Assembly (NCBI RefSeq): GCF_006345805.1
Contig: NC_043001.1
Span: 25,730,001-25,794,000 of the forward strand
Reading direction: 5' to 3'
Source of the DNA: Octopus sinensis
Lineage: Eukaryota
Length of the DNA: 64,000 bases
The notes beneath the pieces were generated by a model, which ran no database searches, was not told the DNA's origin, and saw only the letters and a list, made by a program, of their open reading frames with translations. This document shows positions 49,701 to 61,339 of this stretch, in pieces. The position numbers and the translations under genes were made by a program. How positions within the stretch are numbered: the first letter of the stretch is position 1; every line of letters begins with the position of its first letter.

Positions 49701-52700
49701 TGTCCAAATGCTCTTTTTTTTGTTTTGCTTCCAATAGTCAGTTCTTTTGGTCAAATTATTGTATCTCCAGCTACTTCAGATGCCAAGATATCAAAAGTTG
49801 TCAAAGTGTAGTACAACAGTTTTGCTATGGAATGGTGAAACTATTTTTTTCATTTTCTGAAAAGGCAACGTTTTGGACTTACGACACTTTTGTATAATAG
49901 CAACAAAATATAGAAGTAAATAATGAATATACAGCAATGTAATCATCGTTTAAATACAAATTGTATTCAAAGCACTGCTACTTGTTGTACATTTTTAATG
50001 GAAAAGTTTTAAATGGTTATTTAAACTTCCTTTTGTATGTTATATTGGAAATAAAAAGGTTCAAAAATAGTAAACGAAGGATACTAACTTGATTTCACTT
50101 AATTTGATAGTACCAACTCGGGGATCAATTTCAGTGAGAGAGAGGAAACTTGGCTGAATTTTAGGGGATTGCCGACTACGGTCAGGTTCATTTTGAATAA
50201 TTATTTGAGTTGATTTTAATGCTTCTGGATAAAGCTCAGCATATACCAGCTCTTCTTGACATTTTGCATTATGGTTGTTTTGACTGAAGGATAAAATAGC
50301 TTCTACCCAATAGTCTGAAAAATTAAAATTCAAAGACATGATCTTACTTGTTAATATTAACAAAATTCATTTTTATCAATAAAAATATTATATCAAATCT
50401 TCAAACATAGATACATTATTCTTCTTTCCTTGGATTTTGGAAGAAAACTTATAAAAAATATACAATGTTGAAGCAAAAACATTCAGTGAATATAATTTCA
50501 TTATTTGATGAATTTTCTTAGACAGGAAATAATTTTCCGACCATAATGTAAACACTTCAAATTGTACAAGTAGGTAAATAAATACTGTATTAAAATAAGT
50601 AATAGAACAGTGGATACTCTTTCACAGATATGAGGGGGTTGCTGAAAAGTTCCTGGTTTAGGGTAAAAGAAAATACAGGAGGATCAGTTAATTATGATTT
50701 TATTTGACATATTCCCCTCTCAGATTCACACACTTATTGTAGCAGCCCTTCAGTTATTTTAAGCCCTGTAAAAGAACTTGGAAGTTTGGGGCTCCAACCA
50801 CACCTTTTGTGATACCCTTAAAGCCAGGAACTTTTCAGCACCCCCTTGAATATATCTTAAACATTCGAACTATAGACTTCTAAAATAAGACTCTAAATTA
50901 ATAAAAGAAAAGCAGAATTAAGTACTAACCTGTTTTCTTTTTGATTCGGAACCTGATAAGCTTTTTATCAAATACAATCATTGGCTGGGAAAGAGTGGTA
51001 GTTTTGTTAATCCATAATTCAAAAGCTTTACGTGTTGTTTTCTCATCAAGACGATCTAAACTTTCTTGAAGACCAAACAGCTATGAAAAAGTGATCAATA
51101 AATTCAATAAGCCCCTTGCTGATGAAGCCAAGAGAGTAACAAATTGAATGTATATTTGTGCATTCACAAATACTTTCATTCATTATTAGTAATAAATTAA
51201 GAATAAATACATAGTTTGCAGATATATATGGAAAAACTGCTATTTTATAATTGCTTTTGGCATGAATTCTGAAAACAATTTGTGGATAATAATTTTCATG
51301 CTTATACATATCTTAAATAACATTGTAAAATAAACCATACATTTTGTGGAGAACCAAAAGGTTAGCAAGAACTAGTTAAAATAATCAGTTTTATTTTTTA
51401 TCTTAAATGTCACAATTTTCTCATTTTAGACCAGATGTTCTTTATTTTTGCCTTGTTTTCCATTTTTTTATTATCATTATGCACCTTTTTCAAGCCTAGC
51501 CTGGTTCATAGGTCCTGATTTCCCAGTTTCTACGGCGAATGCGTTCCCCCTAGCTGGATAGGATGCCAGTCCATCGCAGCATTACTCAAGAAACAGCAAG
51601 AGAGAGTGAGAGAAAGTTGTGGTGAAAGAGTACAACAGGGGTCGCCACCACTCCCTGTCGGAGCCTCATGGAGCTTTAGGTGTTTTCGCTCAATAAACAC
51701 ACACAACGCCTGGTCTGAGAATCGAAACTGCGATCCTCCGACCGCGAGTCCGCTGCCCTAACCACTGAGCCATTGCGCCTCGACCTTGTTTTCCCATATT
51801 CACACTAAATTTCTTTTGGTTACTTTAAATCAATCATGGTAAACATTATGCCTATTAGAAGTCTTCTTTGCCTTAAAAGTTTTCCTAAAATGATCCCAAA
51901 TGTTTATAGAAAACTTGCACTGTCAAATTGGAATCTCATTACAGAAGAGCTTTGGAGGAAAGTCAAATAGCAAAAGACTACACATGACTAAGACAAGAGA
52001 TACAATAAGTAACAGTAACCTCAAAAGTCAATAGTATGAAAAGAATCATTAAGTTGGATGTAAGGAAAGAAGCAGGCTGAAACTTCATAATATATTATGG
52101 ATGTAGATTGAGGGTGACCACAAGAACTAGTAAAATCAATACCAGAATAGAGGGAAAAAATTTTTTTAGATGAAATAGGTACAACAGAATGTCAGAAGGA
52201 TTCATGTTTTCCGTCCCATTGCCAAAATCTTTAAGCAGCAGGAACAATGCATAATTAATGAGCATTTTGTGAGTTTGCCATGCTTAGTTTCAATCATTCA
52301 AGAGGTATGGAGGAGGGTAACTCTAAACCCACTCCAGTGTAAATATTCAATAAAAAGTCTTATAAATGTTTTCGCCAAAAGACCTCTAGGAATTGTTTAC
52401 AACTTGGTGGTAATCCTTATATACAATGCAGTGGCCAACAGAATGTTTGAAGAAAGGTACCATGTTAGCAGTAGCACATACAATAACTAAGGTTAAAAAA
52501 TAGGACACTTCAATGAAATACTTAAATCAAATTTAAAAGTTAGGACTTTTAGACAAGACAACACAAGGTTGAGATGTATGAAATAATAATATGTAAGAGA
52601 ACCAATAAGCCAGCACAAGCATATTAACTCCACACTCTAGATATGATGATAAATTGTAAAACTAGATCAATTCATATTTAAAACTGATTTAAAATATAAG

Positions 52701-54425
52701 AATTTTAAGAAGTAAATGTATTAGGATACTTACTGTAACTCTTATTGGCTTGATATAGAGATAACGTAGTTTAATTTTGTAAGCACGGATACCTTGTAAT
52801 TCAACTCGGCTTGTGAGTTCAAGTTGTTCAATAAATCGAAGAGCATTTGGGACCATTACATGGCCTTCTAAAACATTCTTTTCATTGAAGATGGATGGTG
52901 AGCTGCCTTCTTCGCAAATCCTTTCACTATTTCCAACTACTCTCACTTGAACAACATTATTAGACAAGTTATTTTCTTTAGCAGATGATTTTCCAGTCTG
53001 GGACTGGGAAAGCTCTTTTGGAGATTGAAGTTTAATTAATTTTGCAAAGAATATTCGTGGTATGGATTTCAGTACACTGCACTGGTCTATGATGTCTCCA
53101 ATGCTGACAAATACAATATCCGGATTCTTTAAAAAATGTTTTAACTTAAGGGAATTATTTGAATCAAGAACGTTTTTAGGCATTTCAATACATTCAGTAA
53201 GACCTTGCACACGTAAAGTCATGGAAACTGAATCTGGGAAGAATTCAGTTTTCTCAGGTATGTTTTCAGCAGGTTGTCTTTCCGTCACTGTAGGAGTCGT
53301 CCACATGAAGAAACTCTGGAAATACTGAAAAAGTCCTGAGTAAAGAGAAAGGGATTGACTCATATCTTCCAAAGGAGCCATATCCCCAACATTGAGTTTT
53401 CGAGGGTTCTTAAATAAATTGTTTTTTGTAGTGTGTTCTGTCATTTTTTTTTCTATAGATCCAAGACGAGAAAAACGAGAAACTATGACTTCAGTTTCTT
53501 GACGGAGTAAAGCACATTCAACAGTAGGTTTGATTTTCGCTATAAAGCAATTATAAAAAAGAAAAAGAAAAGTATTAAAATAAAAGTTTGCATAATTTAT
53601 TTTTTGTTTATTTAAAACTGAAAATATTTTACAGAGAAAGAAAGAGAAAAGCTTACGATTATTTAAAGATAAATGATTACCTTTAAAAATAAATATATAA
53701 TTACTTAAATACTTTAATCTTAAAACTTACATTAAAAGTTGAAAAAACTGAAAATTGTTAGTTTTCAGTTGGTTGTCATCTTTTATTAGAGTAAAATGGA
53801 AATGTATATCTAATAATAATTTTGATCTGAAATAATGCTGAAAGATATTGAACTTGGAAGAGCCATTTTTGGCAATAAAAACACATGCACACACAAGTAT
53901 ACTCTAGCTGCAGTTTTTATTTCTGTCTTTATTGTTTAATTATTTAGTTATTGCTATCAAAGTTCTTCATCCCATTCTCAGTTCTTGGTCATTGATCGCT
54001 GTATATCTATCCAATTTTTCAAGTAATTAGTTCTTACACACTGGTTTCACTAATAAGTGTGTATGACATCAGTAATATATATCTGTGTAACAAAGGCACG
54101 TGGCTCATGATCGTATGGTCCTGAATTTGATTCCAGGTAGTGTTGTATCCTTGAGCAAAATACTATTTCACATTGCTCCAGTCCACTCAGTTGGCAAAAA
54201 TGAGTAGTAACTGTATTTCAAAGGGCCAGCCTTGTCACATTCTGTGTCATGCTGAATCTCCCTGAGAACTATGTTACAGGTACACATGTCTGTGGAGTGC
54301 TCAGCCACATGCATGTTAATTTCAATAGCAGGCTGTCCATTCATTGAATCGACTGGAACCCTTGATGTTATAACAGAATGCCAGTTTATATCTGTGTATA
54401 CACTTAGGTGTGGTGTTTGTATATG

Positions 54426-54464
<39 letters not shown>

Positions 54465-57400
54465 AAATAGGTTTAACAATGGTTTTGGTAGCATGTGTGA
54501 CATTATTATTTATTCATTTGTTCTTTTATCATATTTTTACTACTGCTAGCTATCTTCTTAATGATGCCAGAGTTGTCCACAGGGTAAATTTAAGATGGTT
54601 CAAAGTGGACAGAGTATACATATCCATCCCCTATCAACTTAGTAGACGTCACATATATCTAAGACACCACACTATATATATATATAAATATAAGTACAAA
54701 GCGAGAGAGGGGTTATGAGTGTAACCCACTATGGGATATCATTTATCCAATATACTGCCAGTAAAGTACCCAGAAATTTTTATATGTATTATTCTTATGG
54801 TATTATCTTACTTATTGATGTATATTGTTTTATTCTGTCTTGTTCTGTTGGATTTGGATGATCCTATTTAATCTAAATAAATTATATGAATTGGTATTAT
54901 CTGAAAGTTGATGATTGAAAGAAATCTATTCCTCCATTTTTTTATTTTGTATATATAAATATATATACACAAATGAATAGGCTAAACCAACAATTACTTA
55001 CCAATTTTCAAAAAGAGACAAACAGATTGATGGACCCAGATTGGTAAGACTTGTCCTTCCCAAACAACACGCACTTGCTCCAACAAATGGGTCTCAATAA
55101 AGTGCGCATTTTTTTCCTATGAATATACAGAAATACAACATAACTTTTGAAATTTCTGTTAAGGTTGTATATTAATGAAATAACATAATGAAGGCACAGG
55201 CAATGGCGTGAGGATATGGGGTTTGCTTTGAAAGCACAGTTTATTGTGAGGCACCTTAGGGTCTTTTACTACACCATAAGCTTTGTCTTGTGAGTGAATA
55301 ATGATGATGATGATGAAACTCAGCCTGTCAAGCATACGCACACACACAAATGTATATGTATACATACATATATGTCACAGAACCTCCAAAAACTAGGTAC
55401 CAATATCTAAGCATTATCTGAACATGAGATCATCTGTGAAGAAAAACAACCAATATCAATGTAAGTAATTTCTACAAACCATGAACCCACAAAGACTTCC
55501 CACTTTACTAGAATGAAGGACAACTCAGGGTAATGAGACTAAGATATAAAAATTCATCATTCAAGCATAACAAATATGCATTTCCATCATCAGTTGCCAA
55601 TTGGATATCACTATGGTTTTGACACCTGGGCAGTATCATTCAATCTGGTAGTCTCAACAGCATTGAAAAGCATAAATGCTGCCTAGGAACACGCATACAA
55701 ACTTAAAAATATACATTCATTCACACACGAAGGAGGGAGAGAGAGAGAGAGTGTGTGTGTGTTTACTTTCTGCTTCTCTTTGCATGACAATCTTTCAGTA
55801 ACAAGTTTATAGCAGCTCTAACTTGTGAAGACCAGAGGAATAAAAGATACCTTATTTGAAAACAGGTCAGGGTTGGCAATAAGGCCACCATAGAATACAG
55901 CTTCAATAAGTGCTATTCAACTCATGCTAACATGATAAGAGCAGATGGTGTGAAGTTTGATGATGACATATGGTAAAACATTTTCAAAAATAAAATGGCA
56001 GAATTCCAATTATAACTTTTAGGTGGATAAATATTTGAGCGAAGTTATATAGGGACCACAGAAGGTGATGATATGCAGGAAAAAAATTGGATTTATTTTC
56101 TGGCATAACTTTTATTTGTAACAGTTTGTGAAGAGACTATTTCTGCAAATCTTAAGGCTTTTGCTAACTTCTTGCTCAAACATCAAATATTTAAACCAAT
56201 GGTCAAATCTTTACTTGTCAAGCCCTGCAATACTAACACACCTAGTTCTATGATATAAGCTTCTTGTTTTAAAGTGATCTGACTTTTCCATCAAGACTTC
56301 ATGTTCCATACACCAACTTAATAATGACAAAGTTATTATACTAAATTCTTCATTTCATTCTGTTATTAGTTTCAAAATTAACTGAGACAGAGGAAGGGTA
56401 TTTCAACAGAAATATAGTAACAAAATGGTTAAAGTCTTTGACTGACTATTGATTGCCAAGTATTAAGGTTTACATACAACAGAGAATGAAAGACAAATAG
56501 GGCAAAAGACAGAGTAAAATAATTCTAGTTTCAGCACAATGTCAACAATTTTGAGAGGAGGGGCAAGTTAAATTATATCGACCCCCATTTACTGGACCAA
56601 TACTTATTTTATTGACTCCAAAAGAATGAAAGACAAAGTTGACCTCAGCAGGATCTTGCCTTTACGAGGCAGTAAATATTCTTCCAGCTCACTGCCAAGA
56701 CAGTACAATAATGGTAGTGAATAGCTGTATGTGGGAGACTTCATGTCAATTAGATTCTGACATAAGCATTGCCTTTAGCTCTTTAATAAATCATTTTACA
56801 CTTCATATGTCAGTTCTACACAATATTACAATGCCCACACACATAAAAATGTAAATATGTTATAAAATTTTTTTAAAATTTCATAGGCGCAGGAGTGGCT
56901 GTGTGGTAAGTAGCTTGCTTACCAACCACATGGTTCTGGGTTCAGTCCCATTGCATGGCACCTTGGGCAAGTGTCTTCTACTATAGCCTTGGGCTGACCA
57001 AAGCCTTGTGAGTGGATTTGGTAGACGGAAACTGAAAGCCCATCGTATATATGTATAAGTATATATATATATATGTGTGTGTGTTTGTGCGTCTGTGTTT
57101 GTCCCCCCAACATCACTCAACAACCGATACTGGTGTGTTTACATCCCCGTAACTTAGTGGTTCGGCAAAAGAGACCGATAGAATAAGTACTAGGCTTACA
57201 AAGAATAAGTCCTGGGGTCGATTTGTTCAACTAAAGATGGTGCTCCAGGATGGCCACAGTCAAATGACTGAAACAAGTAAAAGAGGTGTGTCTGGGATGG
57301 AGGTTAATCCTTATAAACATGTCTTTAAATTAAAATTAAACAAAACTTAGGTATCAACGAATTTAATAAATACTGAATTTAACTGCTACACACCACATTT

Positions 57401-59413
57401 GAAAAGTTGATATTAAGAACAGAAAATAATTGAATTTTTTTTTTATTGTTATCCAATGCTACACTAGTAAATATAGTTAGCTTTCTACCTATTTTCCATA
57501 TGAGGTTGATAAAAGAAGTAGAAGACAGACAGAGTGGAAGCAATTTAGTTGATGATACCCCTCCCTTATCAATTATGGTCTTGTGCCAATGTACAAGTCC
57601 CTCAATTATAGTGAGGTAGAAATAAAGAAACAAAATTGTAACCTTGTTGCTCTGCCAGGAATTAACAAGTGAGATAAAACTAGAATGGATAGAATTTTCC
57701 ATCCACAGCATAAGCGTATGTAACAACTAGTTTAAAAATAACTTAAGTTCTCTAAAAGATCTTTGCAGAACTATAAATTGTAGCATGTATTGTTTCTTGA
57801 AGGATACCCATACCATATAATTAAATAATTAAAGGCTTTCAATTTGACTTCTGGATAACAAATGCCTTAACTTATATAAAAAAAAAAGAGTTCTCTAGAG
57901 GATACTGTTGACAATAATAGCTATTTTAAAAGAGATTTAGTCTCTTGAATTTCTGTGATGCAAATGACCTGACCAGTAACAGTCAGTTGATCATCAACCT
58001 CTGGAGGTTATTCTATCAATATTTAACAGTTTCTGTTACCAAGGTGATAGGGTGTTCAGAATGTAAAGTAACAAGAATAAGAGCTGAGTAGAAAAATTCG
58101 AAGGACTATTACTGCTGCTGATAGATTCTTTTTTTGATTGAAGGGCAGATTGTATAATGCATAAGTATGAAGTATAATGTTGTATGGCAGCAAAACAGAG
58201 ACACAGAATGTGTAATGTCAATATACACAAATGAAAAAGCACAAATGAGCTGAAAGAAAAACTAAGTATAAGAGGAATCAGATGTTGAGTGCAAAAGAGA
58301 AAACTAAGCTAGTACAGACGTGATGCATATAGAGGACAGCAGTTGGGTAATGAAATGCCAAGCAATTCAAGTGGATGGAATTTGTGGGAGAGAAAAACTA
58401 TGGAGGACATGGAAAGAAGTAGTGAAAGCTTATTTCAAGAGGATCTCACAAAGGAAATGACAAACAACCACAAGTGGCTAAATGCTGTTCTGGAAAAGAC
58501 CTATCCAGTCTATGCAAGCATGATGATGATGATGATATGGTTTATTTGAAAAATTTGCTACATAAACATTAAGAAAAAAAGAATGATGAAAGCCATCACA
58601 GTATTATATATAAAAAAACCCAATTTATTCAATATTTTGGCTTCAATAATTCACACTATTCCCATTTTTTCACCATAAGCATTTCCCTAGATGTCATACA
58701 GTATTATTAGTATTATTTACAGTCACTCTTTCAATAACAAATTCATAATGCTACACCAAGAAGGAAAAGCAAAAGCATTGGAAGAAGCTCTTGGCTCCCC
58801 AAGCAATATTGTAATAACAAAGCAATGCCCTGAACTTCATCTGACTTAGGAAAAATTAATCCTGATTAATGAGTTGGTGGTGCCAAGTAAAGGCAATATG
58901 GAGTGGCAACAAGACTATCTAAACTTGAGAGTAGAGATTTTACAAGATGTAGTCATCATGACAAGTTTCTGTTACCGGACTGGAAAATCCTTCCCACTCC
59001 ACTTCACCAAATTAGATACAGTTTAATGCATTTTAACCTTTCCTCTATTCTGCAACTACCTCTCACTAAGCATAGTTACTTTACAACATCAACAAAATTC
59101 TTTTAAAACTAACCAACATTAACAAAATTCTTTTTAAACTAACCAGTTAAAGTGACATAATCTTTACTACCCTTTTCCCTTCATGTTTTCTTTTTGTTTT
59201 TTCTACCTGATTTCCTCACAGAAAAAGCCATGGCATTTGAGCCTCAACAATTTCTGGATTGTACATGGTATGCTATACAAGCATGCTTAACTACTATACT
59301 ATTTGAGCATGAAACTTCATGTAGCCCACATATAATTCTTGCATTCATTAAATGGTACTTTTCTATTCTGGATTGAGTACTTTTTTGCTGTTCCTACTAA
59401 CAAGAGAACAGTG

Positions 59414-59447
<34 letters not shown>

Positions 59448-61285
59448 TTTAACAAACTTTAACAGAGTACATATACAAATAACTATTCAAGCACAAACCT
59501 CATTCTGACACTTAACATAAGGAACCTACACAGCTAACAACTTAAACTTTACACCTGGCAGATTAAATTTAGAGTGCTTTGATTGTAACTAAACAGGTTC
59601 TTTCAACCATGTCAGCCTTCATTACAGGCATAAGATATACTGTCACGTGACACTAATGCATGGAAGCATTCCAAAGGTTCTAAACTTAATCACTTGTTCA
59701 TTCTCTAGAACACTTGACAGAAAACATTCAGAGCACTGATTGTTCCATACTGTCACTAGACATATTCAGTCAACTGTGTCAGCCTTAACTTATGATGCTA
59801 AACATTGTCACTTGTTACAAACACATGGACGTAGGTAGTCAGGAACTTACAAAAATTTCAAAGACCAGTCATGTGACTATCCTTTACCAATCAAATCTTA
59901 TTCAAAACATATACTAATTTGAGCCATGAATACCCTATAAAAATAGGGCAAGCTTCAGACAATAGTCGGAAGCAAGACAGCTGCAACATAAGCCAAGTCT
60001 TTCTATTTCAACTCTTTGAAAACCAGTGCAAACTGCGAAACAAGTTAAATTTTTATATATCAACTATCTACTTGCTATCCCTACGACTTCTTTCACTCTT
60101 CTCACATCACTATTTGCCTTGGAGTTAAAATCATTGACAACAAATGCACTACAGAAAGCTATAATGGTAATATCTTAAGATTTTTTTTGGTTCTGCTAAC
60201 TTTGTAAGTTTTCTTTCTGAAATTTTCAAATAGTTTTTAAAATATTCATTTTGAATAGTTTCCAAAGCTTCTAGTGATTATGTTTACAGTAACAGATATA
60301 ATCAAAGTAATTGCAATAATGCATAGTGTAGTAAGTCTGAATACCAAAATCACTAATTAAACAAATTCCAGATCAGTGGCATTATACATAGATGCAGGCA
60401 GGCACACACAGACACACACATACACACAAAATTGCAAAGCAAAATAATAAACCTGTAATTCTTCTTTTATTTAATGAAATATTTTTAAAGTAATTAATGC
60501 AATTATGAGCAGAAAATAATTTTTAAAATTCTATAACAATGAAATAATATTCTTCATAATTATTTTAAGAAACATAGCGAGTACTTACTAATATTTCCCA
60601 GTCATTAACAGACAATGGATCAACAAAGACACTTTCACAGAGCGGAACATTTTTCACAGGTTCAAGTATTATCTGTTAACAAAGAAAAGAAGGTCAAAAT
60701 ACTAAAATACTAACAGTTTCAAAGAGATAGAACTGATACTGTTATGAACTGCACTAAAGTTTTAAAATGTTTTTATTTATCATAAATTTTGTACTTTGGA
60801 TCAAAACCAGCAAAACTTCCTCATTAACATAAGTGTGTATGCGTGTACACACATTTGTGCATATATCAAGAGATATGTATCAACATATATTAAGAGTCAG
60901 AATTTTAAAATTGACAACTTCATTCACAATTTAGTATAGAGTACTCACTTCTTTGTTGAGTATGTATATGTGTGTACATATATGTATGTGTGTGTATGTA
61001 ATTATCATCATCATCATGATCGTTTAACATCCACTTTCCATGCTAGCATGGGTTGGATGATTTGACTGAGGACTGGCGAACCAGATGGCTGCACCAGGCT
61101 CCAATCTATATCTGGCAGAGTTTCTACAGCTGGATGCCCTTCCTAATGCCAACCACTCCGAGAGTGTAGTGAGAGCTTTTATGTGCCAGTCATGCAGTAC
61201 TGGCAATGGCCATGCTCAAATGGTGTTTTTTACATGCCACCTGCAAAGGAGCCACTCCAGCGGCACTTGCAACGACCTTGCTCGA

Positions 61286-61339
<54 letters not shown>

